Below the pieces are notes generated by a model. The model searched no databases and was not told the DNA's origin. It saw only the letters and a program-made list of their open reading frames with translations. The position numbers and the translations under genes were made by a program. A stretch of DNA of 64,000 bases from NCBI RefSeq assembly GCF_006345805.1, contig NC_042997.1, positions 175,708,001 to 175,772,000 of the forward strand, in the 5' to 3' direction. Position 1 is the stretch's first letter. Each line of letters begins with the position of its first letter. This DNA is from Octopus sinensis (lineage: Eukaryota). This document shows, in pieces, positions 41,955 through 57,931 of this stretch.

Positions 41955-42775
41955 CAATGAACTGGTAAAATTGTTAGCACACAGTGACATTCCGTCTGGC
42001 TTTATGTTCTGAGTTCAAATTCTGCCAAGATCATCTTTGTCTTTCATTCTTTCGGGGTTGATGAAATAAGTATCAGTTATGCACTGGGGTTGCTGCAATC
42101 AGCAAGCCCTCACTCCCAAAACTGCTGGCCTTGTGCCAAAATTTGAAGCCATTATTATTATTATTATTATTATGACTGCAAACTAACAGAATTGTTACCA
42201 TGCTTAGCAGCATTTCTTCTGACTTCTAAGTTCAAATTCTACTGAACTCGACTTTGCCTTTCATCCTTTCAGAGTCAATAAAATAAAGTACCTGTCCTTG
42301 TGGTCAGTGGTATTGACTAAACCCCCCCTTCAGAATTTCTGGCTTTGTGTCTAAATTAGAAACAAAATATGTTTGGTTGGTGGATTGGCAAAATCATTCG
42401 AACATTGGTTAAAATGCCTTTACCTTCCGAGTTCAAATCCTATTAAGGTCAACCTTTGTCTTTTATCCTTCTGGGATTGATAAAACAAAGTGCAGTACCA
42501 GTCAAATACTGGGGTAGATTTAATCAACTTTTTCTCCTTCCTCAAAATTTCTGGTCTTGTGCTTATATTAGATATCATCATCATTGTCCTCATTAACAGA
42601 ATTATTAGAGAATCAGAGAAAATGTGTTGTATTTAATCATAACTCTTTACATTCTGAGTTCAAATCCCATCTCCGTAGCATCAGTAAAATGAAGTATAGT
42701 CAAGTATTGGAGTTGATGTAATCAACCCCTACCCCCAAATTACTGGCCTTGTGCCTAAATATGAAACAATCACAT
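41955..42775 (+). mobile_element. Four head-to-tail tRNA-derived SINEs, family B (Deu/Nin-domain-like)
   Basis: Each has box B gagttcaaat, the first three have a ctttcatccttt..ggggt.gataaa..aagtaccagt-like core, and each has a ggccttgtgcc end, with trinucleotide tracts between most copies. Confidence 0.75.
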
Positions 42776-43168
42776 CACTACTACTACTACTGTTACCAGC
42801 CTTGTCCACCACCCCATCTCAAGAACTACTTTGTCCATTATCTGAGGGAAATTTTGCTGCTAGCAGGTTGAGCAACTATATAGAGGCTCCTCCTTCATCA
42901 ACTAAATGAGTATTGTTCTTCTTTAGCTCCAGTTCAGCTCTGATTGAGCAAACCTATGATCAAAGACATTCCAGTCATAACCATACTGTCTTTTAGAGGA
43001 CTGCATTGCTCAGTGTATCCTTACTATTTCTAACAGGTCAACTCCCACATAGAGGCACTTGTATCTTGTAGAGGTTTTAGTGTGCTAAGGAGTGAAAGTT
43101 TGCTAACTAATCTCACTGTCTTTCGAAAATATTTGTGACTAATGTTAACTATCAATTTGTCTTTTCAG

Positions 43169-43242
43169 AAACTGTACAGATGTCTTCTGCTGTATACTGT
43201 TTGTCATATGTGTTGCTTCCATGATTGGGGTGTCAGTTTTTG
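43169..43242 (+). CDS. SLC44A2: CTL exon, NCTDVFCCILFVICVASMIGVSVF (TM1)
   Basis: 74 nt, ttttcag|...|gtaagt; RxCTDxxCC motif followed by a hydrophobic helix; phase 2-1. Confidence 0.95.
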
Positions 43243-44234
43243 GTAAGTATCTTAAACCAAAATTTATTATTTTTACTTCTGTGATTAACAGTTCTGTCAA
43301 ATGAAAGCCTTGATTCCCGCCATGTATCATGCAAAGATTATTATTTCCAATGCTGACTGCTGCATCTAAAGCAAATATAAAAACCCACACTGATTTTTTT
43401 TTTTTACTTCTATTAAAAACATTATTTTGTGTGTCTGTGTATGTATAGGTATGTTTGTTTTTCTAATTTGATTTTTTTACATTCTTATGCTTTTGCTGGT
43501 TTCAGTCATTGGAATATGACCATACTGGGGCACTGTCTTAAAGGGTGTAGTTGATTATATCACCACAAGTATTTTGTCTGCTACTTATTTTTTCTACCTG
43601 AGAAAGATAACAATGTTGACCTGAGCAGGGTTTGAACCCAGATTGTTAAAGATCATAACTAAAAACCAAAATGTATTTTGTCTAATGCCAGTTGATTCAT
43701 TGATTCAGCCATCTAGAGTTCTATATCTAAATACATTCTTTTCTAACTTGGATTATATAAAATATGCTATACTATACTACAGAATATAATTATTGATATT
43801 TTTCTAGCTAGCACTATGTGTCGGCTAATGTAGACAGAAAAAGAGAGAATCAGCAGCACTAATTTTAAGTCTGTGATTGAAACTTTTTTCTGTCCATGAA
43901 GATATTGTATGTTTTTTTTCTTTACATGCTGTTTACATCTGTTTTACAAACAGTGTTGGCTAAAAAAGATCTATAGATATATTCTGGAGTGCAGTGTAGC
44001 ATTGAATCAAAATGCTGTTTACACACCAAGAATTTATTAATTGATCTAAGCTTCTAAGAATGCATTATAAATGCAAATCAGTCTTTTCAATTTACTTAAG
44101 CCCATGGTAATAGTGAGCTTATAAATAGTGTTTCCATGGACAGTTAAAGACGCTGATGAAATCTTAACACAGGATTGGAACTAGTCTGGCTGATTCCTCT
44201 TTTTTCTTTCTTTACTTTATCTAAAAAGAAAAAG

Positions 44235-44276
<42 letters not shown>

Positions 44277-44504
44277 TATATATATATATGATTGATTGAT
44301 TGATTGATTCTAGTTTCAGCTTATGAGCTGTGGCCATGCTGGGGCACCGCCATTTGGTGTTGCTACTTGGTTTCACTTCATGGAGGCTTTCTAGCAACTG
44401 CTATTTGGTGCATGAGAGAGTTCGATGCAGCTGCCCTCATCTGCCCCTCCTGCCGTGAAGTTGGTTCATCTGGGACACCTGACAGGAAGAGATCCAGCTT
44501 CATT

Positions 44505-47257
44505 TTAAAGACATCTGTATCCACCCCATGCAGGTCTCTCAGGTCTTCGGGAGGATATTGAAGAGCTGTGGGCCTCGGAAGCCCAGGCTATCACAGAATC
44601 TTGTCCTACATCTTGATGGCAGGTTTGGAGTCCTAGGCACCACGCAGTGGCGCCCAGTTCTGGCATTTGTGTAACTCTCGATGCCAAAGTTCAGGACACT
44701 TCCCTCCAGGATCTTCCAGATGTATATTATGGCATATCTTTCCCGCCTACGCTCCAGGGAATATAATTTTAATCTCTTGAGTCTTTCCCAGTAGCTTACA
44801 TTCTGCATAGAGGCTATCTTCTTTGTGTAGCTTCGTGGGGTCGCCTCAAGTTCTGTGATCAACTTGACACTGGATGGTGACCATAGCTGAGAGCAATAGT
44901 CAAAGTGGCTTAGGACAAGTGTCTTCCAGAGGACCATCATGGTTTCTTGTTCTCTTGTTCTAAAGGTTCTAAGAATCCATCCAGCCAGCCGTCTACATTT
45001 CAGTGTCAGTTTAGCAACATGTACATGAAAGGTCGCGTCATTACTCATGTGAATACCCAGGTCACGCACTGATTGTGCCTCTGGGATTGCAATCCCTCCG
45101 GGTCCAGTGTATTCATGGGTATTGCATTCAGTTTTGCATGCTGATAGTATAAGCTTGAAACTTTCCAGCATTGAACTGCATGCTATTCTTTTCAGCCCAC
45201 TTGTATATTTCGTCCAGCTCACATTGCAGGTGTTTAGTGTCCTCAGGGTTCTGTATTGCCTGTGAAACTTTTGTATCATCTGCATAACTTGTGATCGTGG
45301 CTCTCTGCGTGGCTGAGGGCATGTCTGAGAGGGCCATTATGAACAGTAGTGGTCCCAGAACAGTGCCCTGCGGAACACCGCTCACTATTTGTGTGTTAAT
45401 GGAGGTGGCCCCATTGGCTACTACCACCTGACTTCTATCCTTCAGAAAGTCATGAAGCCATTCTCCCAGTTTTCCAACTATGTTGAGATCACGCAGTTTG
45501 TGACATATCATTCCATGATCGACTTTATCAAAGGCCTTTGCAAAGTCGAGATATATCACTTCCACATTTGAGTGGTTGAGCAGCCGTTTCAGCACCCAGT
45601 CATTGTAGTTGTAGGAGCTGAGTTAAACAGCTTCTCCCTGGTCGGAAACCATGTTGGGTGTCGGGCAGCAAGTCATTCTCTTCAAGGAAGGTGATCAGCT
45701 TCCTTCTGACTATTCGTTCCATGACCTTGCTGATGTGTGAGGTCAGAGAGATAGGTCTATAGTTCTTGGCTTCCGCTCTGCTACCTCCTTTATGAATGGG
45801 GCATATTTTACCTTCCTTCAGTTTTCCTGGAAGTTTGCCAGCTGCAAGGAAGCTCTGAAAGAGGAACTGCAGTGGTCTTGCTAGGACTCTCTTACATGCT
45901 TTTAGGAGGATTGCCGGGAATCCATCGGGGCCAGTAGCTGAGTCTGTTTTCATTTCATCTATAGCCTTGGTTACATCTTCTTCCTTTATATCGATGTAAT
46001 CTATCGTCGCCGCCTCTGATTTTATATCTGCAGTGTTAAAAAGTCAGTTGGATTGGTGATTTGGAGATGCCCAAGGGGTGGAGTGAAAACACTCTTGAAT
46101 TGCTCATTCAGTATTTCACTTACCCTCATTGGTTTTCCTGTAAGTGTGCCATCCTTTTCGAGGAGTGGCCCTATTCTACAGTGCACTGTAGCTGTTTCTT
46201 TGGCATACCTGTAGAAAGCTCTGGGGTTAGATTTTATGTTTTCTATAGCCCAGGCTTCTCTGTCTGCTCTTTCTTTTTCATGGGAGAGTTGCAGACATTT
46301 TTCGATTTCCAACAGTTTTATTTTTAGGCGGGACTTTTCACTGCTTTCAATCTGTTTGTTTAGGCGATTTGAAAATTTCGTACGCCGTCTCATTAAAATT
46401 TTCCTCTCTCTGGGGATTTTGTTCTTGTGTACAGTGGCCTTCTCTCTGGGACACATTTGTAGCATATGGCTTGCATTACAGACATGAATTGTTGAAGTTT
46501 CACGTCGATGTTCTGGCGAGGAGAGACATTTAGGCCAGTTTTGTTTTTGAGGATCTCTTTCTCAATTTGTTTCCAGTTTGCCTTATGGTAGTTCAAGCTG
46601 GAAAGATTTTGAGGGTTTCTTGTAGGCTGCATGTCCGTGCTCTCTTTTGGCCCGTACATGGTCAGCTCTATCATGTTGTGATCCGAGAGTAGTGTCGGTG
46701 TCACTTTCACATTATGGATGAGATCCATGTCATTTGTGAAGCAGAGATCCAGTGTGTTTCCTGCCCTGGTTGGTTGGAGTATTACCTGCTCCATGTACAG
46801 GGTGTTGATGAGGTTCAGGAGGGACCTCGCCTGTCCTCGTTCACATCTTGTCATTCCTGGAGAGAAAGGCCCTCGGGCCATCTGACATTGGGCAGATTGA
46901 AGTCTCCCATAAGAAGCACACCTATGTGTTGTTCTAATGTGGTTAGAATTCTTCTATTTTTATAAGGCAGTCTTCAAACTTGCCCACATGGCTTGGGGCA
47001 TCTGGAGGGCGATATGTAGCACACACAACTACATCAAGTTGCCTGATATGTACAATTAGTGTGTCACACACCGAGTTTGAGTATGACAAGAGGACCTGGG
47101 GTGTGAGGTCCTCACGGATGTACATAGCAACACCTCCCTGACTCCTTTCTTTCCTGTCGGTCCGTAGTACAGCATACTGTGGTATGTGTAACTCCGCATC
47201 TGCTATGTCCGGTTTCAGGTGCGTTCTGTAAGTGCTATGTATAAGGCTTGATTGCAT
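44505..47257 (-). pseudogene. LINE ORF2 (APE endonuclease + reverse transcriptase) split by frameshifts
   Basis: ORF-track pieces 46943-47257, 46393-46881, 46022-46465, 45600-45953, 45128-45595 and 44539-45285 carry consecutive EN/RT motifs. Confidence 0.92.
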
Positions 47258-47293
47258 GCAACAAAGTCTCTCAGGAACGGGATCTTTGTCCTG

Positions 47294-47986
47294 TTACTGA
47301 GTGTTTGCAGTCCTCTGATGTTCAGTAGGAGTATCGAGGTGAGGTGTACGTTGTTGCAGGCGGTGTCCATCCTGTGTCTGTTTGCTGTGGTGGTCTGGTA
47401 TATAGTGGGTAGTCCCCCTGCGGGCTTGGGTTTGATGAAGCCAGGTCAGCTGCTGTACAATCTTTTGTGCCATGCACAAAAAAGATTGTTGCTCAGCAGC
47501 TGCTCTTTCGACATCATGTTGGCTGTTTGTGGCGCGCACAACATCTGCGTACCTCCGCTTTGGGGCAGGTGGTGCGTGGTCCATCCCTTTTCTTTGTGTT
47601 GATGGTTTGTCCATCTGCCTCGTGTCTCTGTGGCAGGGTCCCCGATGTGCAAAGCGGCAGCCTGCACCTTCCTTTCCATGCCAGCAGGAACCTCTCAGGT
47701 AGAACATACACACCCGTGTGCGCTGTTTGGTTCCATCCTTTGCGGTTCCACTTCTATTTCTGGTTGTTGTTGTTTCACTCTTTGGTCCTGCTTGAGCTTT
47801 TTCTTTTCCTTTAGCTCTTCCAGTCCTTCTTTTAGTTCTTCTTCCTCCCTCTACCTCTTCACCGGGTTCTCCGTCTCCATGGCCCTTGCTGCCGGTTGGA
47901 GAACTTGCACCTGGGTTCACTTCCCGGGCAGGTTTCTCATTCAAAACCTCCTCCCGGGCGTCCACCAGGTGGGGGTGACTTCTCAC
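47294..47986 (-). CDS. LINE ORF1-like protein with basic region and CCCH zinc finger
   Basis: 230-aa ORF containing CMFYLRGSCWHGKEGAGCRFAH, directly upstream of the endonuclease fragments. Confidence 0.7.
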   Translation of the reverse strand: MRSHPHLVDAREEVLNEKPAREVNPGASSPTGSKGHGDGEPGEEVEGGRRTKRRTGRAKGKEKAQAGPKSETTTTRNRSGTAKDGTKQRTRVCMFYLRGSCWHGKEGAGCRFAHRGPCHRDTRQMDKPSTQRKGMDHAPPAPKRRYADVVRATNSQHDVERAAAEQQSFLCMAQKIVQQLTWLHQTQARRGTTHYIPDHHSKQTQDGHRLQQRTPHLDTPTEHQRTANTQ

Positions 47987-51797
<3,811 letters not shown>

Positions 51798-52013
51798 GCA
51801 TACAGGCAAGTTGTTTACATTTGCTTATTCATTTAGTGTTAGCTAAAGAAAACCATTAGACACATTCTGTAAACATTAAAACAAGATACTGTTAACACAG
51901 TATATATGTGTTAAATTGTTTTGGAATACTGAAATTTATAACTTATGGCCTTGGACTTAGTAATCAGGTACTTATATTTAATAAGTAATGTGCTTCCCTA
52001 AATTGTATTTTAG

Positions 52014-52092
52014 GTTTTATTCATGGAGATCCTCGCCGACTATTGTACCCCACTGACAGCAAAGGAAATATTTGCGGTTATGGAGAATTCGT
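52014..52092 (+). CDS. SLC44A2: CTL exon, GFIHGDPRRLLYPTDSKGNICGYGEFV
   Basis: 79 nt, ttttag|...|gtaagt; conserved GDPxxLxYPTDSxGxxCG motif. Confidence 0.95.
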
Positions 52093-52231
52093 GTAAGTAA
52101 ATGTTATACTTATTTGATAATCACCTAAATTCTAAAAAGATATATTTGGGTGACTGTTATCTCTAAAAATATTAAAAGTGTAAATATGTATATATAATTG
52201 TCATAGTTACAAAAATACACACAAACACATA

Positions 52232-53462
52232 CTGGGTCATCCCATAAATAATGCACTTTTTTTATTCTTCTTTTATTTTACAAAATTAAGATAAACAAAG
52301 TTCTTTTATAATCTAAAATATACTCTCCTTCATTTTCTACAATGCTCTTTCTTCCCTCTATCTTGTAGGCTTACAAGGCCCCTCTTCCAAAATTCACTTG
52401 TCCGTGACAAAAAAATACTCCTCCAGTACTGTTCTGACCTCGTGTACAAAATTCATATTTTTTCTGTCCAAATGATTTTCAAGACTGCAGACTAAATCAT
52501 AATCAGATGGGGCAATGTCTGGTGAATATGGTAGGTGGGGCATCGTTTCCCATTCAAACTGTTCCAGCATTTGGAATGTTGTCTTTGTTGTATGTGACTG
52601 AGCATTATCCTGATGGAAGAACATCTTTCATCTTGAAACCAAAGATGATCATTTTTCTTCTAGCACTGACTTAAGCTGCTTGCAGTAGATCTCTTTTGTT
52701 ATCATTTGGTTTGGGTTTAAAAGTTCAAAGTAGACTAAACCTTTTGTATCCCACCAAACAGATAACAGCACCATATGTGGGTGAAGACCTTCTTTAGCCT
52801 GGGGTGCTGATGTTTCTTCTTTCCCTACCCATTATCTTCGACATTTCTCATCACCAGTCACTATTCAGTCCAAAAAAAGCTCATTCGTGAGACGTGACAG
52901 CAAAGAAGAGCACACATTCACTCTCTGTACGTGATTAAACTCGGAAAGTTTGTGAGGAAGCCATTGACCCAATTTGCTGACTTTTCCGATGGCACGCATG
53001 TGTCGATGAATGGTTGAATGACCAAATCCAAGCTTCTCTGCTAGTTCCTCAACAGTTACGATGGAATTTTGTTCCATCTGGGTTTGCAGGATGTCCTCCT
53101 CAAGTTCTACAGATCTTCCAGGGTGAGGCTCCTCTACTAGGCTGTAGTTTCCAGTTTGGAATTTCTGGAACCACTGTTGACACTGGCTTATGCTTCTTGT
53201 TCAATCCCCATATACTACATTAATATTCCTTGCACTTTCCGTTGCATTGTTGCCTTTATTGAACTCATAAAACAAAATATGCCAAATATTCTCCTTTGTC
53301 ACTTCCATTATAACTTTGAAAAAATCAAAGCATGCGCTAAGTATAAGGACAAGGTAAAATTACTACCTGCTTTTACAAGTTGATGCAGGTAGTTTATCCT
53401 GTCCCTCTCCAACTTTTAGTTCATGCAATTGAAAAAACCGCATTATTTAGAGGATGACCCAA
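52232..53462 (-). mobile_element. Mariner (DD34D-type) DNA transposon, full length, transposase decayed
   Basis: TIRs ctgggtcatcccataaataatgc / gcattatttagaggatgacccaa, TA on both sides, 1231 bp; fragments WLPHKL, HQDNA, YSPDIAPSDY. Confidence 0.93.
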
Positions 53463-56400
53463 TACACCTAGTACCATAAATTCTAATTGTTTTTTATTGA
53501 ATTTGAGAAGCACTTATCCTTGAATCTTACAGAAAGGTCTTCAGTATGTGTAATGAATCAATTTTGCAGGAGTTTTCTTCCTTGGAAAATTCTGTACTAT
53601 TTCCATTTAGCCTCTCTATAGTATAACTTAATTTTATTTTTAATTCTATTTGAAAGGAATAGTTTTGTATTTTTGATTTGCAATTTCGTGACATAGACAG
53701 CATTTTAATATTCACTCTCTCTCTTTCTCGCGCACACAAGAAAGATAAATGTCCGAAACGTTAAATTCTTTCATTCTTCACACACTGAACCCTTCCATGA
53801 ACTCTCCAAGTGTTGATACATGTTTATATTACTCTTTACTGCAGTATGAAGTGTTCCTTTGCATTTGTTTCTTAACAGATTCTTTGTATGTAAGCGACTT
53901 TGTGCCACGTGACAGGGGAAGTGTGCATGGGGTTTTAGATTTCTGTCAGGATATTTGTGAATGAACAAATGTCATCTTGGAAGTGTTCAGGAAGCTTATA
54001 TAATTATCTTGTCACATTACTTTTGTGTCAACATCAACTGCCAGAAATTCTATAATAATCTGCCACTGTTTGTGACCAACAACTATTAATAATTTCATTT
54101 CATTTTTTTTCTCTCTCTCTCTCTTCTATTTCATTTTAAGATACTGTTTTGTTATTGCTTTCTGTTTTTTAATATAATTACTTGTCAATAACCTTCACTA
54201 TCAGCCTTTCTCTAAACATTTGACACATATCAAACAATATTTAAGGATTAACAGCTGTGATAATAGTAATAATAGTGGCGACAGTTTTGTTCTATGTTGA
54301 TGACGGGAAGTACCTATGGTAGAAGCAGACTGAGGGAAATGTATACCAAGAAGTGAGATTTGATCTGAGAATATCAAGGACCTTCACATATAACTAATAT
54401 AGGGTCAAAATGGAAATATGCAGGGCTGCAGATACCCATCTCTTTACCAGCAGGAGTGGAGTATATTAATATTAGTCAGTGTCAGAGTCTCAGTATGGTT
54501 GCCTGTTTTGCCAGAAGCAGCAGTTAAACCCCCTCAAATCCCACCATTATCACATATTGAATAATTAGTTCTAGATATACAAAAAAAGATGGGTGGTCAC
54601 AGTTGGAATGCCTTTGATCACATTCATTTGCTGGATTAAGGCTAATATACAGGATTAACAATAGCAACGAATATATGTATGTCAAAGAAAAAGAATGATT
54701 TCTAATGTGGGCACCTGGTCTCACATTTGGTGGAAGTATATATTCAGTAATATTGATCCCAGAACAGACTGGTACTATTTTATCAATTCTGCAACAATGA
54801 AAAATGAAGAAGACTTAAAAGAGAACTTTAATTCTGAATGAATAATCATACTACAAAACTTGGCAGTCTTGGGTTAATCTAAAGCAAAGGTAAAAGACAC
54901 TTACTCAATATGCTGCACAGTGGGATTGAACCAAGACCTTGGGATTGCAAAGTTAACTTCTTAACCATTCAGCTATATTGTATCCACAAGCGACAATTGA
55001 ATCAAGATCTTAGTAATTTTTGTTTTGCTTTGCTTAGTTTAGTCTAGTATCTTGTTTATTCTAATTATTTGTTGATTACCTTAATTGATACTTTGACAGA
55101 CACTTTAAAACTAAGATGTTTTAATATAATGAGTTTTGAATTAGCCTTTGATAATTAGAGCTTCTATTAAGATGTAATTGATTTGTCAAATACATGGTTT
55201 TGACTCTACTGCTTTTCTTGTCCTCTCTCATTAAATTTAGTTTCAATTTTAAAACTCTGTTTCTTTACAGAGTTATTCTGGAAACATACAAGATAGTCGA
55301 GACAAATTCAGGTGTTTTATTTCTGCCATGTAATCTTGATTTCTGATAAATATAGATAATTAGACAGGACAGGAATTCATCTAAATTTTTAGTAATTATT
55401 TTCTACTGAATTTGTTTAATAATCAGTAATTATCATTAAAAGTTAATTCTTCAACTTTTGAATTTGAAGCACCTTGTCACTCATTTAATTTTTCCTTTCA
55501 GTTTATTTCCTGTCTTCGGAGTAATATCTGCTTTACATAATGTGTAATATGTGTGTTTGTGTAGATATATGTTTGCTTCTCGATGTCTCTGTATGTTTCC
55601 TTGTATGTCAGTTGGTTAAACTGACAGTGAAGGTTAGACAACCACCCAAAGGGTTGATGGTTCACATTGTACTAGTGTTGCTGTGCTGTCGTAATATTTG
55701 TTGGCCCAGTTCACTTAGCTGTAAATAATTTTCCATCATTAGTACAGTCTTTCATTGATTGCAAGCAGTAGGCTTCTCTGTATAATTAAAGAAGAATGTC
55801 ATTAGTTTGAATTGCTGAGTTCAAGTTTTACTATGGCACAAGACCATGATATGTGCCTTCACATCACATTCTAATTTAACTGACTTTATCATCATTTTGT
55901 CAAAGTATAGAGCATGATTGGCCAAGTGGGTAGTGTCCCAGGCAGTTTATAACCCATCCACAGTACTGCATTATGTCTGTAGTAAGGACACACATAATAG
56001 ATACTTCAGAGAAGGAACAACTTGCTACACCAATCAGTGATGGCACTGTTGAATTTGTGAATGATTTGTTAGCTTGCATTGCCAAGTTCAATTCTTCCTG
56101 CAGGAAATCTACTTGCAATAGGCCAGCATCCTATCAAAAGGAATATTTACCTCTCCTCTGATTCTAAATATGAAAACCAGAGATAAGTACCAGGTCATAT
56201 AGATTGTTGTGCTTAAGAAAGGACTAACTGAACATGATGTCATTATATGTGGGCATGGTTACATGGTCAATCTCTTTTCTATTTAAAAATATCCAAAGTT
56301 CAAGAAAAGCAACATAGACTTGTTTGTCAATAATCTGCTCATTGTTAGTATTATACATAAATTTAGCACCTGTTAGACAACTGAGTAGATCTGTCAGCCT

Positions 56401-56654
56401 GCTAGTTTTCATGTTAGGGAGAAGAATGGTTGAATCACTTTAAGACTATATACACTTTCCTTTGGCATTAAAATTCATATTTTTTTTACAAAATTTGAAA
56501 TAACTTTGTTGTACTTTTGTCTTTTTTAGTGTAAAAATATTAGTAGTATTTGTTTTCAAATGGTTAGAATAAGTAATTTATTGAGACTTAAATGTGATTT
56601 CAAATTTCAGATTGTCATTCCTGTGAATGATTTTTTTGTTTTATTCTTTTTCAG

Positions 56655-56742
56655 TGACAGACCAAAGCTTGTTTTCTTTGACTTACTCACTTGTTCAAAA
56701 ATGGGTAGAGATGTTGAGAGCCTTGGATGCCCCACACCTCAG
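56655..56742 (+). CDS. SLC44A2: CTL exon, DRPKLVFFDLLTCSKMGRDVESLGCPTPQ
   Basis: 88 nt, ttttcag|...|gttaat; PxLxxFxxxxC and CPTPQ motifs; phase 2-0. Confidence 0.93.
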
Positions 56743-57481
56743 GTTAATAAAATTATGATCTTATACATATTTTGTAGAGTTTTTGTATTATTTTAAGTTT
56801 GAATTTCCAGGTTAGGGATTAGGGACACCTAAAATCCTAGGCCTAGTATTTTTGCAGGATGGAACAATGCTGTTCAAGAGAACTACATGCATGGAAATAT
56901 CTTCAACTAAACCTGTCTGAGATGTTGACTAAACAACAAAATATCCTGCCTACACCAATTCAGTGTCCATCCATTATTAATTTGTGGGCTTGTGTTGGAC
57001 AGCTGCTATATCACATGTATGACAGGTTTGGCCATTAGCTAAGTCTGTCATGAAGATCGACCCAACATCTTTTCTGGCAAGGAAAGGCAGCTAGTCATCC
57101 TGCCTGGTGGTTATGGCTAAGTCATATAGTAGGTAAAGCCAAAAAGTTTGATGGCAGGGCTTTTCCTTTCTGACCAAGATTACAGCTACTTTAAATACCA
57201 TTTAAAGAAGGTGGAGAAAGGCTGCTACCTTCCATTGTATTTCATGTAAGTTGGATGAGAGTAGCAAGGTTGATGTTAAATCAGCCTACTATGGTTATAT
57301 GACAATAAGCAGATGGCAGAAATGCTGGGAATGAGCAATTTTATTTTTGAATTTCTTTAAACTTGAACACTGACTGCTAAGATGGATTTTCAAAATAGTC
57401 CCTAATTGGGAAGTTTGTTATTGTAAATTATGTCTAACCTACAAAGTTTCAAGTAATATTTATTCATTTATATTTTACTAG

Positions 57482-57616
57482 GTGTGTGTTAAAGAATGTC
57501 CCACTGAAAATTATGTCTACTTGGAGTCTGCACAGGAAGAAAAAGCAAACAGAAATAAAATACTTCAGAAGGAACGTGAACGCCTTATTTGTAAATATGG
57601 TGTTGATCGTATGAGT
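57482..57616 (+). CDS. SLC44A2: CTL exon, VCVKECPTENYVYLESAQEEKANRNKILQKERERLICKYGVDRMS
   Basis: 135 nt, ttactag|...|gtaagt; VCVxxCP motif continues CPTPQ. Confidence 0.92.
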
Positions 57617-57711
57617 GTAAGTAGATTTCACTGAGAATTAAATTCTGATCTTTTTTCACTCATTGACCAGAAAAAGATTGAAGGTGTATTTATAAATGAA
57701 ATTTATTGTAA

Positions 57712-57931
57712 CCCTTTAGCATTCAGATTACTTCACCAAATGTAGTGCTTATTTATTTACATTGTCTTGAATTAACCATGTATTGTCTTACAGCTGTGAG
57801 ATTTCAGTGATGTTATTGTTTATTTTTAGACTGACATTCTAGAGTAGGTATAAGAGGACAAATCTGGTCAGTTTGAACATAAAACAAGTGGAATATTTGG
57901 GTTTGATATGGCTGGTCCGAATGCTAAAGGG
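57712..57931. mobile_element. piggyBac-like MITE, second family, opposite orientation to 29639
   Basis: ccctttagcattc...gaatgctaaaggg|TTAA. Confidence 0.8.

Larger units (their letters stand above)
44290..47986 (-). mobile_element. Near full-length non-LTR retrotransposon (CR1/L2 group LINE) with frameshifted ORF2
   Basis: ORF1 has a C-x7-C-x8-C-x3-H finger. APE endonuclease motifs: GGVAMYI, YRPP, GDFN, TR..NTLDL, SDH. RT motifs: GPDG, NYRPISL, QHGFRPGRSC, YLDFAKAFDKVDH, GVPQGTVLGP, YADD. (AATC)n 3' tail at 44290-44309. Confidence 0.95.
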
